64,000 nt of DNA from Dehalococcoidia bacterium (GCA_965242755.1 OZ251500.1:2933157-2997156); one strand, 5' to 3'; counted from the stretch's first letter, positions 9,623-20,121 are shown. A program made the numbers and translations. Notes: generated from the letters alone by a model not told the origin.

Positions 9623-11047
9623 TCACGCCCCGGCCGACAGGCGCTCTCCCCGGAGCAACCGCGGGAGGACGGCGACGTCGGCGAGGTCGTCAAGATTCTC
9701 GACCGCCGCGATGATGTCCGCTATCGCCTGATCGTCGAGCGCCATTCCGGCGTGGGCGGCGCATTCGCGGAACTTCCGCCGGCGTTGGTCGCCGCTGAGC
9801 GGGTTGTCCCGATGCCCTCGAGGAGCGTCTACCCGCTCGCGGAGCGTCTCGCCGCTCTCGAGCGCAACCTCCACGATGCCGGACTTGCCAAGCGATTCGT
9901 CCACCTCGTACTCGACGCGGTTGGCGACCCGGAGCGCGGACTCCTCGAACAGTCCCCTCCCTGTCGGCTGGAGGTCGGCGAGCGTTACGCCGCCGGTGAG
10001 GAGCGCTCGCGCCGTCGCGAAAATGACCGAGTCCTCCGCCTCGACCGCCGACTGCGGGTTCCGTCGGATCTCCAGCGGCTCGCAGAAGGTGTGGATGTGC
10101 GGCTCCCCGCGCACGACGACACGCTTGATGGCGGACGGCGGCGGCGCGTGGGCGGAATAGATGTTGGCGGCGGCTTCGATGAAGACATGCGCGACGCCGG
10201 TGGTCGGCCACGGCTTCAGCCCGACGTTCAGCAGCAGCCAATCCTCGCCGAGCCCCTCGCTCATCGTTGGGCGGTCGAACGCCCCGCCGTAGTACGTGGG
10301 GAAGAACCCCGCTTCGCCCTCGAAAGCGTCGCAATCGCCCAGCAGCCCCTCGCGGGTCAGCAGCGCGCTCAGCATGCCGCCGTGGCAGGAGAACGCGGCG
10401 TAGATCGCTTTCGCCGGGCGACCCTCCAGCACGGGCTGCCGCCCGCCCGACGCCTGCATAAAGGCGAGCCCCAGCGCGGAGTGGGTTCGTTGCGGAGTGA
10501 AGCCGAACGCGCGGGAGGCGGTCATCGCAGCGGCGAAGTAGCCCGGCATCTGCGTCGGCTGCGGCTTCGACTCCGTGAACGCGCCCCCGCCTCCCGCGAG
10601 CGCCGCGCCGATGCGCGACATCAACTCCATTCCCGCCGCGAGCGACGCGATGAACTCCTTGCCGGAGACGCCGCCCCGCAACTCCGCGGCGGCGAGCGCC
10701 GCCGGAAGCGTAACCGGCCCCAGATGCCCGGAGCCGACGGCGGTGGTGTCGTCGAAATTCAGCGCGTGCGCCATCCCGCCGTTGATCATCGCCGCCGTCG
10801 CGGCGGGAAAGCGGCCCGGCAGCCCGATGAGCGACGCCTGCGGCGCGCCGCCCGCCGTCCGCGCCCAGGACAGGAGTTGCGGAACGCCCACTCCGAGCGT
10901 GTTGGCGGCGAGCGCGACGCCGAGCGTGTCGAGCGTCACCTCGCGGACGGTCCGCCGCGCCGGTTCCGGCAAGTCGTCGTAAGACAACTCCGCCCCGAAC
11001 CGCGCCCAAAGCGCGGTCAATTCCTCCTCGCCGCTCTGCCTCGCCAT
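9623..11047 (-). CDS. MmgE/PrpD family protein
   Basis: DTLGVALA, AAMINGGMAHALNFDD, HLGPVTLPAALA, KPWPT, PRGHRDNPLS..KF; start moved to ATG 11047 behind a GGAGG RBS. Confidence 0.88.
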   Translation of the reverse strand: MARQSGEEELTALWARFGAELSYDDLPEPARRTVREVTLDTLGVALAANTLGVGVPQLLSWARTAGGAPQASLIGLPGRFPAATAAMINGGMAHALNFDDTTAVGSGHLGPVTLPAALAAAELRGGVSGKEFIASLAAGMELMSRIGAALAGGGGAFTESKPQPTQMPGYFAAAMTASRAFGFTPQRTHSALGLAFMQASGGRQPVLEGRPAKAIYAAFSCHGGMLSALLTREGLLGDCDAFEGEAGFFPTYYGGAFDRPTMSEGLGEDWLLLNVGLKPWPTTGVAHVFIEAAANIYSAHAPPPSAIKRVVVRGEPHIHTFCEPLEIRRNPQSAVEAEDSVIFATARALLTGGVTLADLQPTGRGLFEESALRVANRVEYEVDESLGKSGIVEVALESGETLRERVDAPRGHRDNPLSGDQRRRKFRECAAHAGMALDDQAIADIIAAVENLDDLADVAVLPRLLRGERLSAGA

Positions 11048-11203
11048 CGAGTCCTCCCCTCCGGCGCCGCCGACGCATGCCGTGCCGCAAAACGGCGGAC
11101 GAAAGCGCACCGCTATGATAACCCTGCGAACGGCGCAGCCTCGCGGCCTACGCTATGCCCCTCTCCTGCGCTATAATGGCGCTTGCCCCGCAGGAGCGAG
11201 CGC

Positions 11204-12277
11204 TTGAACACCCAAACCGCCCATCAGCCCGCGCCGGCGCTCAATGCGCGCCGGCAAACGCTGCTGGAGATCATCGTCAGCGACTACATTGAGACCGCCG
11301 TGCCGGTCGCGTCTCAGCAACTCGCCCGCCGCTACGAACTGCGGCTGAGCCCGGCGACGATCCGCAACGATATGGCCGAATTGGAGGAGATGGGGTACAT
11401 CTCGCGCCCGCACGCCTCCGCCGGCGCGGCGCCGTCCGACCCCGGCTATCGCTTCTACGTGGACCGCTCGACGCCCGCCGCGCGCGCGCCGCGCCGCTTT
11501 CAGGAGCAGGTCCGCGGGACGATCAACTTCGACGAGGCCGACCCTGCGGCGTGGGCGCGCAACGCCGCCCGCCTGCTCGCGGGCGCGGTGGGAAACCTCG
11601 CCATCGCCACGACGGTCAAGCCCGCGGTCGCCCGCGTCAAGCAGGCGCAACTGGTGCATCTGCACGACCGCGAGGCGCTGCTGGTCGTCGTGATGCAGGA
11701 GGCGAGGCTGCGGCAGCGCATCATTCACTTGGAGGAGGACGCGACGCAGGACGCGCTCACAGAGGCGGCGAGCCGCCTGAACCGGATCGCCGCGGGCAAG
11801 AGCGCCGCCGACCTGCAGGCGCTCGCCGACTCCGGCCAGCCGCTGCCGCTCGTCGTCGCCACCGCGCTCGCCGAGACGGTCCGCATCCTCTTGGACGAGG
11901 AGGGCAGCGAAACGCAGGAGCGCTATCTCAACGGGCTCAGTTTGATGCTGAATCAGCCGGAGTTCCAGTCGAGCGGAAGCGCGCAGGACGCCGCCGAGGT
12001 CCTGGACGACGATTCGCTCACGCGCGTGTTCTCGGAGACGGCGGAGCCCGCCGAGGTGCGCGTCGTCATCGGACGTGAGAGCCGCGACGAGCATCTGCGC
12101 CCCTACAGCGTCGTCTACGCGACCTACGGCGCGCCGGACGGAGCGACGGGCGTCGTGGGAGCGATGGGGCCGACGCGCATGGACTACGCCCGCGCGATGT
12201 CCAGCGTCCGCTACCTCGCGGCGTTCCTCAGCGAGTTTGTGCAGGCGCTTGAGGCGCCCGCCCACGGGCAGGCGTGA
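11204..12277 (+). CDS. hrcA: Heat-inducible transcription repressor HrcA
   Basis: [63 protein letters not shown]. Start chosen at the TTG after AGGAG (11183 is the alternative); TATAAT at 11172-11177. Confidence 0.95.
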   Translation: MNTQTAHQPAPALNARRQTLLEIIVSDYIETAVPVASQQLARRYELRLSPATIRNDMAELEEMGYISRPHASAGAAPSDPGYRFYVDRSTPAARAPRRFQEQVRGTINFDEADPAAWARNAARLLAGAVGNLAIATTVKPAVARVKQAQLVHLHDREALLVVVMQEARLRQRIIHLEEDATQDALTEAASRLNRIAAGKSAADLQALADSGQPLPLVVATALAETVRILLDEEGSETQERYLNGLSLMLNQPEFQSSGSAQDAAEVLDDDSLTRVFSETAEPAEVRVVIGRESRDEHLRPYSVVYATYGAPDGATGVVGAMGPTRMDYARAMSSVRYLAAFLSEFVQALEAPAHGQA

Positions 12278-12284
12278 GCGCGAT

Positions 12285-13361
12285 ATGACGACGAAGCGGG
12301 ACTACTACGAATCGCTCGGCGTCGGGCGGCAAGCGTCGGAGGAGGAGATTCGCAAAGCCTTCCGCAAGAAGGCGATGGAGTATCACCCCGACCGCAACAA
12401 GGCGAGCGACGCCGCCGAACGCTTCAAGGAGGTCAACGAGGCGTATCAGACGCTGAGCGACCCGGAGCGGCGGAGCGCCTACGACCGATTCGGGCACGCG
12501 GCGTCGAACGGCGGCGGGGCGGGGCCAGGCGGATTTGACGGCTTCGACCTGTTCGGCGGATTCGGCACGATCTTCGACTCGTTCTTCGGCGGCGCGACCG
12601 CATCGCGCTCGAGGGCGCGGGCGGGCAACGACCGCCACGTCGAGGTGAGCATCACGTTTGAGGAGGCGGCGTTCGGGGCGGCGCGAGAGGTGAGCGTGGG
12701 CCGCGTTGAGCAGTGCGGCGCCTGCAAAGGCTCCAAGGCGGAGCCGGGCACGGAGCCGGAGTCCTGCGGAAACTGCCGGGGCAGCGGGCGCGTCCGCCGC
12801 TCGCAGCGGTCGGTGTTCGGCCAGTTCGTGACCGAGGCGTACTGCAACGTCTGCGGCGGCGCCGGCCAGCGCATCCCCCATCCGTGCAAGCAGTGCCGCG
12901 GGCTCGGACGAGAGGAGTCGAAACGCCGCATCGAGGTCGCCGTGCCCGCCGGCGTCTACGACGGCGCGACGCTGGAGTTGCGCGGACAAGGCGACGCCGG
13001 ACAGGGCGGCGGCCCTCCGGGGAGTTTGCTCGTGACCGTCAACGTGCAGAGGCACCCCGAGTTCCGCCGCCGCGAGAACAGCGCCGACGTGCTCTTCGAT
13101 CTGGACGTCACGTTCCCCGCGGCGGCGATGGGCATCGAGGTCGAGGTTCCGACGCTCGACGGCGCCGCGAAGTTGAAAGTCCCCGCCGGCGCGCAGCCGG
13201 GCAGCGTCATCCGGATGAAGGGCAAGGGCATCCCCCACCTCGGTCGCGACGGCCGCCGCGGCGACCAACTCGTCACCGTCCGCGTCCGCACGCCCGACAA
13301 ACTCTCGAAAGAGCAGAAGCGCCTGCTCGAGGAGTTGCAGCGCTCGTTTGAGAAGAGTTAG
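12285..13361 (+). CDS. dnaJ: Chaperone DnaJ
   Basis: [16 protein letters not shown]-domain, G/F-rich linker, four CxxCxGxG-type repeats. Confidence 0.97.
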   Translation: MTTKRDYYESLGVGRQASEEEIRKAFRKKAMEYHPDRNKASDAAERFKEVNEAYQTLSDPERRSAYDRFGHAASNGGGAGPGGFDGFDLFGGFGTIFDSFFGGATASRSRARAGNDRHVEVSITFEEAAFGAAREVSVGRVEQCGACKGSKAEPGTEPESCGNCRGSGRVRRSQRSVFGQFVTEAYCNVCGGAGQRIPHPCKQCRGLGREESKRRIEVAVPAGVYDGATLELRGQGDAGQGGGPPGSLLVTVNVQRHPEFRRRENSADVLFDLDVTFPAAAMGIEVEVPTLDGAAKLKVPAGAQPGSVIRMKGKGIPHLGRDGRRGDQLVTVRVRTPDKLSKEQKRLLEELQRSFEKS

Positions 13362-13376
13362 GGGAACAACGAACCG

Positions 13377-13411
13377 CGTTATCTCAGATTCGCGCCGAAT
13401 CTGAGATAACG
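13377..13411. terminator. Perfect 16-bp inverted repeat between convergent dnaJ and ftsK (likely bidirectional terminator)
   Basis: CGTTATCTCAGATTCG-cgc-CGAATCTGAGATAACG. Confidence 0.7.
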
Positions 13412-13424
13412 GGCGCCCGCGCGC

Positions 13425-16379
13425 CTACTCGTCGGCGGGGGCGAAGGCGGCTTCGCGGTGGGACGGCTCGCCGGGGACGGCGATGACCTCGCGCGGCTTG
13501 CCGGGCTCGCCCGTCGAGGCGACGATTCCCTCGTCCTCCAACTGGTCCATTAGGCGGGCGGCGCGGGGATAGCCGATGCGGAGGCGCCGCTGCAAGAGCG
13601 AGGTGGACAACTGGCGGTTGGTCGCCGCGAGTTGGAGGGCGCGGTCGTAGAGCGAGTCGGATTCGTCGAGGTCGGGCTCGGCGGCGGCTTCGGCGGCCTC
13701 GACCTCGCGGGCCATATCCTCAAGGGGGACGGCGGGAAGGTCGGCGCGGACGGGCAGGCGGCGCCAGTGCTCGCTGAGCGCGGCGGTCTCGTCCTCCGAT
13801 ATGTAGACGCCTTGCACGCGGCGCGGCTTGGGCGAGTCGGACGATAGGAAGAGCATATCGCCGCGCCCGATGAGGCGCTCCGCGCCGACGGAGTCGAGGA
13901 TCGTGCGCGAGTCCACCTGCGAGGCGACGGCGAAGGCGATGCGGCTGGGGAAGTTCGCCTTGATGAGGCCGGTGAGCACGTCGACGGACGGGCGCTGCGT
14001 GGCGACGATGAGGTGGATGCCGGTGGCGCGCCCCAGTTGCGCGAGGCGGCAGAGCGACTGCTCGACGTCGAAGGACGCGGTCATCATCAGGTCGGCGAGT
14101 TCGTCGATGCAGATGACGAAGTAGGGCATCTCCTCGGCGGCGCGGGGGCTGCGGTTGTAGGAGACGATGTTGCGCGCGCCGGCCTCCTCCAGCAGTTTGT
14201 AGCGGCGCATCATCTCCTGAATCGCGCCCCGCAAGAGGCGGACGACCTTGTCGGGATCCACCACGACGGGCGTGACGAGGTGCGGAATGCCGTTGTACGG
14301 CGTGAGTTCGACGCGCTTGGGGTCGACGAGGAGCATCCGCACCTTCGCGGGGTCTTGGTGGCAGATGATGGAGGAGATGATGGTGTTGATGCAGACGCTC
14401 TTGCCGGAGCCGGTCGCGCCCGCAATGAGAAGGTGCGGCATTTTGAGCAGGTCTATGACGACGGGATCGCCCGCCGTGGCGAGGCCAAGCGCGACGGGAA
14501 GCCCCCCGGACTCGAGTTTCTCCTCGTATTCCACGGACTCCATCACGGTGCGGATGGTGACCATAGAGGAGGACTTGTTGGGCATTTCGACGCCGACGAG
14601 CGGCTCGCCCGGGACGGGCGCCTGAATGCGGAGCGTGGGGGCGGCGAGCGCGAGCGCGAGGTCTTTCTCCCGCGCGAGGATGCTGTCCACCTTGACGCGG
14701 TTGCGGACTTCCGCCTGGACTTCGCGCTCCTCCTGAACGGCGAGCGCGCGGGCGCGGGCGGACATCGCCTTGCGGTTCCATCCGGGAACGAGGCCGAACA
14801 TCGTGACGCTGGGGCCGGGTCGGATTTCAGAGACGCTGACCTCCACGCCGTGCTGCGCGAGCGTCTCCTCGATGAGCGCGGCGGTCTCCAGATGCTCCTG
14901 CGAAATCGCGGAGGCGGCGACGCCGTCCGCAAGCATTTCGAGCGGCGGGAGGAGGAAGGGGACAGGCTCAGGCGCGGCGACGTCGTCCTCGTCCGCGTCA
15001 TCCTCATCCTCAAGGCGCGCCCAAGCCGCCTGGTCCGGCCCGACGGCAGCGGCTGCGCCGTCCGCGCTCGCGTCGTTGACGGGAAACGCGGGCGGCGCCT
15101 CGATGCGCGGGTCGGCGTGGTGGACGCCGTTCTCCGGCTGCGCGCCAATCGACTCGGGAGGGTGGTAGCCGTTCTCCGCCGCCTCTCCGATCAGGTCGGC
15201 GGGATGGACGCCGTTCGCCGTAAGCGAGTCCTCGTAGGACGGAGCGTCCGAGTCGTAGTCGCTCAGAGCGGCGGCGACGGCCTCTTCTATGGCTGAGTCG
15301 AGGGGTTGCGGGGCATAGCCGTTCTCCGCGGCCGGCTCTGCGGCGGGCTCCGCTAGCGGCTCGTCAAGGATGGATTCGTCCTCGCGCTCCAAGACGGCGG
15401 TCGCCGCGCCGCCCGTCGCTTCGGTCGCCTCCGCGCCCTCGGGGTCATCCTCGGCGGAGCCGAGGCCGGGCCACAGATCGGGCTTCTCGTTCGCGGGGGG
15501 AGCGGCGGGGCGGGGCGCCGGCTGCGGGGCGGAGCGGGTTACGGAGGGAGGAGGCGGCGCGTAGCGGGGCGGACCGCCGTTTCGCCCGGAGCCGGGTTCG
15601 AGGTAGGCGAGGCCGGGAGCCGATGACGACGAAGGCGCGCCGCCCGGAGTCCGCTTGCCCGCGCGGGGCTCCGTCGCGCGGGCTGCGGCGTCAAGGTACT
15701 CCGCGCCGAGGCTGCGCTTGCCCGCGGAAGGCGGCGCGGATGCGTTGGCGGCGAAGAAGTCGTCGAGTTCCTCCGTGACCGTCCGGGGGCGGCGCATATT
15801 GCTGATGCCGCTGCTGACGCCGCGCCCGGCGGCTCCGCCCGCGACCCTCGCTCCGCGCCCCGCCGCGCCTCCGGCGACTCGCGCTCCGCGTCCGGCGACG
15901 ACCGCGCCGCGTCCCGCGCCAAGCGCAAGGTGATTAAAGACGACGGGGGCGACGAGCCACACGCCGAACGTGAGGAGGACGATTGTTCCCAGAACGCCAA
16001 GCGCTCCGTCGGAGCCGCGGGCGCGCTCGCCGAACGCGCCGCCCAACGGCGATTCGCCGACGAGCGGGAGCCCGACGCTGAAGTAGGAGAGCACGGACGA
16101 CGCGCCGAGCGCGAGCAGGCCGAAGCCGAGAACGTAGCGCCACTTGCGGAAGAGCGCGCGGGCGCCCCGCGAGAGGAGCCATCCGATCCAGACCGCCCAC
16201 GCGAGCATCAGGATAAGGGACGCGCCCATGCCGCTCAGAACGCCGGACGCGGCGGAGCGGAGCGGGTCCACGGCCCACGCGGGCCTGCCGATGACGACGT
16301 AGGCCGTGAGCGCAAGCAGGATGAGGCCGAGCAGGACGCCGACCTGATTGAACAGGAGCGAGGCTATGCGGGATTTCAT
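13425..16379 (-). CDS. ftsK: DNA translocase FtsK/SpoIIIE
   Basis: N-terminal TM helices, long P/A/E linker, PHLLIAGATGSGKS, DPKRVEL, IDELADLMM, ATQRPSVDV, gamma domain STSLLQRRLRIGYPRAARLMDQLE. Confidence 0.97.
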   Translation of the reverse strand: MKSRIASLLFNQVGVLLGLILLALTAYVVIGRPAWAVDPLRSAASGVLSGMGASLILMLAWAVWIGWLLSRGARALFRKWRYVLGFGLLALGASSVLSYFSVGLPLVGESPLGGAFGERARGSDGALGVLGTIVLLTFGVWLVAPVVFNHLALGAGRGAVVAGRGARVAGGAAGRGARVAGGAAGRGVSSGISNMRRPRTVTEELDDFFAANASAPPSAGKRSLGAEYLDAAARATEPRAGKRTPGGAPSSSSAPGLAYLEPGSGRNGGPPRYAPPPPSVTRSAPQPAPRPAAPPANEKPDLWPGLGSAEDDPEGAEATEATGGAATAVLEREDESILDEPLAEPAAEPAAENGYAPQPLDSAIEEAVAAALSDYDSDAPSYEDSLTANGVHPADLIGEAAENGYHPPESIGAQPENGVHHADPRIEAPPAFPVNDASADGAAAAVGPDQAAWARLEDEDDADEDDVAAPEPVPFLLPPLEMLADGVAASAISQEHLETAALIEETLAQHGVEVSVSEIRPGPSVTMFGLVPGWNRKAMSARARALAVQEEREVQAEVRNRVKVDSILAREKDLALALAAPTLRIQAPVPGEPLVGVEMPNKSSSMVTIRTVMESVEYEEKLESGGLPVALGLATAGDPVVIDLLKMPHLLIAGATGSGKSVCINTIISSIICHQDPAKVRMLLVDPKRVELTPYNGIPHLVTPVVVDPDKVVRLLRGAIQEMMRRYKLLEEAGARNIVSYNRSPRAAEEMPYFVICIDELADLMMTASFDVEQSLCRLAQLGRATGIHLIVATQRPSVDVLTGLIKANFPSRIAFAVASQVDSRTILDSVGAERLIGRGDMLFLSSDSPKPRRVQGVYISEDETAALSEHWRRLPVRADLPAVPLEDMAREVEAAEAAAEPDLDESDSLYDRALQLAATNRQLSTSLLQRRLRIGYPRAARLMDQLEDEGIVASTGEPGKPREVIAVPGEPSHREAAFAPADE

Positions 16380-16486
16380 AGTTGGAAGATACCGCGCCGC
16401 CCCCCGCCTTGCGAACCGGATAGGCTAGCGAATTACGGAAAGATAGCGGCGCGGAGGAGTGGAGGAGGGGGAGGCGTGTTGCCCAA

Positions 16487-16927
16487 TAGGTTCCCGCCAC
16501 GCGGGAACGACGTGGCGCTTGGGGAGCAAGGGAGACGAGCGCGTTGCGCCCCGTCGCGGCGCTATCGCGCCGACTGGATTCCCGCCTACGCGGGCAGGGC
16601 GGTCATGGGGTAGGTTGCGCTTGCGCGGGAATGACGTGGCGCTTGGGGAGCAAGGGAGACGGGCGCGTTGCGCCCCGTCTTGGCGCTATCGCGCCGACTG
16701 GATTCCCGCCTACGCGGGAATGACGAGGGCCTTGGGGGTCATGGGGACGGGGCGCGTTGCGCCCCCGTCGTGGCGCTATCGCGCCGACTGGATTCCCGCC
16801 TACGCGGGAATGACGAGGGCCTTGGGGGTCATGGGGACGGGGCGCGTTGCGCCCCGTCTTGGCGCTATCGCGCCGACTGGATTCCCGCCTACGCGGGAAT
16901 GACGGTAAGGGCGGAATGACGGTAAGG
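16487..16927. repeat. Tandem array of composite REP-like units (period 89-124 bp), core CTGGATTCCCGCCTACGCGGG(AATGAC)
   Basis: Core at 16574, 16698, 16788 and 16877, each preceded by GCGCGTTGCGCCCC..GGCGCTATCGCGCC; variant cores at 16487 and 16611. Confidence 0.92.
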
Positions 16928-17051
16928 GGGGCAGGGCGGTAGGGCGTGCAAATGCCTCCGCCATGCAGAGGTCGCCGCGCAGCGGCGGGCGCGGGGTTGT
17001 CCCTGCTGATCGCGAAGGCGGGAACCTACTGGGAGCGGGAAGCCGTTGGCG

Positions 17052-17903
17052 TCATGCCGGGCGGATCTCCAAACTGACGTCGAGTGCCTGCGCGGAGTGC
17101 GTCACGGAGCCGGTGGAGAGGAAGTCCACGCCCGTCTCCGCGACGGCGCGAACGTTGGCGAGCGTGATGCCGCCCGACGCCTCCGTGAGCGCGCGTCCAT
17201 TGCAAAGCGCGACGCCCTCCCGCATCTGATCGGGCGTCATATTGTCGAACAGGATGATGTCCGCCCCGGCGTCCAGCGCCTCGCGGACCTGATCGAGCGT
17301 GTCGCACTCGACCTCGACGCGGATCGTGTGGGCGGCCTCGCGCTTGGCGCGTTGAATGAGCGCGGTCATCGTCTCCCCGCGCGACGCCATCGCCGCAATG
17401 TGGTTGTCCTTGATGAGAATCCCGTCGCCGGCGTTCATCCGGTGGTTGCGCCCCCCGCCCATGCGGACGGCGTACTTGTCGAGCAGCCGCCAGCCGGGGA
17501 GCGTCTTGCGCGTGTCGATCACCTGCGCGGGAAGCCCGTCCACGGCGCGGACGAACTCGCCGACGGCGGTGGCGACGCCGCTCATCCGCTGAACGAAGTT
17601 GAGGGCGACGCGCTCGGCGCGCAGAATGCTGGACATCCGCCCGCGAACGGCGGCCACGTACATCCCGCGCTCGACGGGCGAGCCGTCCGCCGCGAGGCGC
17701 TCCGTCTCGAGGGCGGGGTCGAGTTCGCGGAAGACGGCCAGCGCGACGTCGACCCCGGCGAGGACGCCGTTCGCTTTCGGCATCATCAGCGCCTCGCTCG
17801 CTAGGTCGTCGGGGAGGAGGGAGGACGTGGGGTCGTAGGCGGCCTCGTCCTCGGCGAGCGCCATGCGGATCAGTTCGAGCGTTCCGTGCCAGTGGTGAAG
17901 CAT
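17052..17903 (-). CDS. nadC: Nicotinate-nucleotide pyrophosphorylase (quinolinate phosphoribosyltransferase)
   Basis: ALAED, AERVALNFVQRMSGVAT, DTRKTLPG, GGGRNHR, ILIKDNH, EVEC, DIILFDNM, EASGGIT. Confidence 0.97.
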   Translation of the reverse strand: MLHHWHGTLELIRMALAEDEAAYDPTSSLLPDDLASEALMMPKANGVLAGVDVALAVFRELDPALETERLAADGSPVERGMYVAAVRGRMSSILRAERVALNFVQRMSGVATAVGEFVRAVDGLPAQVIDTRKTLPGWRLLDKYAVRMGGGRNHRMNAGDGILIKDNHIAAMASRGETMTALIQRAKREAAHTIRVEVECDTLDQVREALDAGADIILFDNMTPDQMREGVALCNGRALTEASGGITLANVRAVAETGVDFLSTGSVTHSAQALDVSLEIRPA

Positions 17904-18035
17904 CGCCGCGCCTCCCGCGTAGGTGATGGAGCGATTCTACGGCGGCGCGGCGGGGCGATTGTGAAAAATCGCGCAATGAATCTCGGCGTTTTTCACTAAC
18001 ATGCCTTATGACCGCCCGGCATGGCCGCCCGGCGG

Positions 18036-18064
18036 TTGCAACTCCCGCTTGCAACAGGTATAGT
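18036..18064 (+). promoter_or_regulatory. Putative sigma70 promoter of the signalling operon (TTGCAA-N17-TATAGT)
   Basis: Near-consensus hexamers, 17-nt spacer, 56 nt upstream of the STAS gene. Confidence 0.6.
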
Positions 18065-18120
18065 GCGCTAGCGGGCTCCGTAAGGGGGAGCCGCTGACAT
18101 CGGACGAGGAGAGGAAGCCA

Positions 18121-18453
18121 ATGGAAGTCAACGTCTCGCGAGAGGGGTCCAACCTGTTCGTCGCAGTGGAAGGACGCGTGGACGGCACGAACGCCAGCGA
18201 GTTCCAGGACGCCCTGCAGGGCGTGATCGAGGAAGGCGACAAGTTGGTGGTGCTCGACTTGGGCGCGCTGTCCTACGTCAGCAGCGCGGGGCTGCGCGTC
18301 GTGCTGCTGGTCGCTAAGGAACTCCAGCGGCAGAGCGCGAAACTCGCGGTCTGCGCGCTCTCGGACACCGTCAAAGAGGTGTTCACCATCAGCGGGTTCG
18401 ACAAGATCATTCCCGTGCACGCCACGCGGGAGGAGGCGGTCGGAGCGTCGTAG
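18121..18453 (+). CDS. STAS-domain anti-anti-sigma factor (RsbV/SpoIIAA-like)
   Basis: EGRVDGTNA..VLDLGALSYVSSAGLRV (phosphoacceptor Ser motif)..VKEVFTISGF. Confidence 0.93.
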   Translation: MEVNVSREGSNLFVAVEGRVDGTNASEFQDALQGVIEEGDKLVVLDLGALSYVSSAGLRVVLLVAKELQRQSAKLAVCALSDTVKEVFTISGFDKIIPVHATREEAVGAS

Positions 18454-18534
18454 CCGAGGGAAGCGTCCGCGTTCGCGGGAAGCCGCGGAGGCGGGGCGAG
18501 GATCGACGGGAGCGATGAAGGAGCAGCGGGTCTG

Positions 18535-19692
18535 ATGGCGGAAAAGTACAAGATCCTTGTGGTGGACGACGAGGCCGACGTCGAGCCGCTGGTGCTGCAG
18601 CGCATGCGCCGGCAGATCCGGGACGGGCGGTACGAGTTCGTCTTCGCCCGCAACGGCGTGGAGGCGCTGAAGGCGCTCGGCGAAGACCAGGACATCGACA
18701 TGGTCGTCTCCGACATCAATATGCCGCTGATGGACGGCCTCACGCTGCTGGAGCAGATCCCGAAGGTGGACCCCAACATCCGCTCCGTCATCATCTCCGC
18801 CTACGGCGACATGAAGAACATCCGCACGGCGATGAACCGGGGGGCGTTCGACTTCGTCACCAAGCCGTTGGACTTCGAGGACCTGCAACTCACGATAGAC
18901 CGCACGCTCGACAATATGGAGGCGTGGAAGGAGGCGCTGAGCTCGCGGGACATGCTCGTCTCCATCCAGAAGGAACTGGACGTCGCCAGTTCGATGCAGC
19001 AGTCCATCCTGCCCACGCAGTTCCCGCGGACGGAGCAGTACGAGACGTCCGGCAGCATGGAGCCGGCGCGCAACGTCGGGGGGGACTTCTTCGACGTGGT
19101 GCGGCTGGGCAACGGGCTCGTCGGCCTCGCGGTCGCGGACGTTTCGGACAAGGGCGTGCCGGCGGCGCTGTTTATGATGTCGAGCCGGACGCTGCTGAAG
19201 GGGACGGCGCTCGGGCTGGGGCAGCCCGGCGCGGTGCTGAGCGAAGTCAACGACTTGCTCGTCCAGGACAACACGACGGCGATGTTCGTCACGCTCCTCT
19301 ACGCGGTCTACGACCCCGATTCGGGCAATCTCACCTACGCCAACGGAGGGCACAACCCGCCGCTGCTCGTCCGTCCCGACGGCTCTTCCGAGTATCTCCA
19401 GACGACCGGGGGCATCGCGCTGGGCGTCGCGCCGGGCACCTCCTACGACGAGCGGACGACGGCGCTCGGGCCGGGCGATATGGTGATTATGTACACGGAC
19501 GGCGTCACGGAAGCGATGAACGCCGAGAACGAGGAGTTCGGGGAGGCGCGGCTGCAAGCGGTCTTCGCGCAGTCGCCGCCCGCGGACCCGCAAGCGGCGG
19601 CGCGCGCCGTTTTCGAGGCGGTGCACGCCTTCGCAGGGGGCGTGAAACAGTCCGACGACATCACATGCCTCGTGCTGCGCCGCAAGGAGTGA
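18535..19692 (+). CDS. Response-regulator receiver fused to a PP2C/SpoIIE phosphatase (RsbU/RsbY-like)
   Basis: KILVVDDE..SDINMPLMDG..GAFDFVTKP; VGGDFFD, ADVSDKGVPAAL, NGGHNPP, YTDGVTEA, QSDDIT. Confidence 0.94.
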   Translation: MAEKYKILVVDDEADVEPLVLQRMRRQIRDGRYEFVFARNGVEALKALGEDQDIDMVVSDINMPLMDGLTLLEQIPKVDPNIRSVIISAYGDMKNIRTAMNRGAFDFVTKPLDFEDLQLTIDRTLDNMEAWKEALSSRDMLVSIQKELDVASSMQQSILPTQFPRTEQYETSGSMEPARNVGGDFFDVVRLGNGLVGLAVADVSDKGVPAALFMMSSRTLLKGTALGLGQPGAVLSEVNDLLVQDNTTAMFVTLLYAVYDPDSGNLTYANGGHNPPLLVRPDGSSEYLQTTGGIALGVAPGTSYDERTTALGPGDMVIMYTDGVTEAMNAENEEFGEARLQAVFAQSPPADPQAAARAVFEAVHAFAGGVKQSDDITCLVLRRKE

Positions 19693-19695
19693 GCC

Positions 19696-20121
19696 TTGAC
19701 CGCGCGGCTGGAAATCACCATGGAGACGCGGGAGGAGGAACTCCAGCGGCTCGCCTCCGCCGTGGAGAGCCTCGCCGAGGAGGACGGCTGGCCCGACGCC
19801 CTCGCCTTCAGGGTCGGCCTCATCCTCGAGGAGTTGGCTCTCAACGTCATCCGCTACGGCCACGACGAGGACGAAGGTCTGCACGAGGTGGACATCCGCA
19901 TATTCTCCGGCGCCGACGGCCTGACGATCGAGATGGCGGACGACGGACGCCCCTTCAATCCGCTTGCGGACGCCCCCTCGCCCGACGTGGACGCGTCGGT
20001 GGAGGACCGGCGCATCGGAGGGCTGGGGATTCACCTGTCGAGATCGATGACGACGGAGATGCGCTACCGGCGCGAAGACGGGAAGAATTGCCTCACGATG
20101 AACCTGGCGAGGAGTGAATGA
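19696..20121 (+). CDS. RsbW/SpoIIAB-like anti-sigma Ser kinase
   Basis: LEELALNVIRYG, DDGRPFNP, IGGLGIHL. Confidence 0.92.
   Translation: MTARLEITMETREEELQRLASAVESLAEEDGWPDALAFRVGLILEELALNVIRYGHDEDEGLHEVDIRIFSGADGLTIEMADDGRPFNPLADAPSPDVDASVEDRRIGGLGIHLSRSMTTEMRYRREDGKNCLTMNLARSE

Noticed and set aside
11050..11203. CIRCE operator upstream of hrcA
   Set aside because: No TTAGCACTC-N9-GAGTGCTAA-like inverted repeat is visible.
13377..13411. dif site or operator next to ftsK
   Set aside because: Does not match the 11-6-11 XerC/D layout; a perfect hairpin between convergent genes fits a terminator better.
16459..16919. ORFs 16459-16902 and 16668-16919
   Set aside because: They are translations of the repeat array (WIPAYAGMT, LDSRLRGND), typical spurious REP ORFs.
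16487..16927. CRISPR array
   Set aside because: The sequences between repeats are themselves repeated rather than unique, the period is 89-124 bp, no cas genes are present, and the core occurs singly elsewhere like a REP.
17026..20034. 1002-aa minus-strand ORF
   Set aside because: Shadow frame overlapping nadC and antisense to the STAS/PP2C/RsbW genes; expected at high GC; no motifs.
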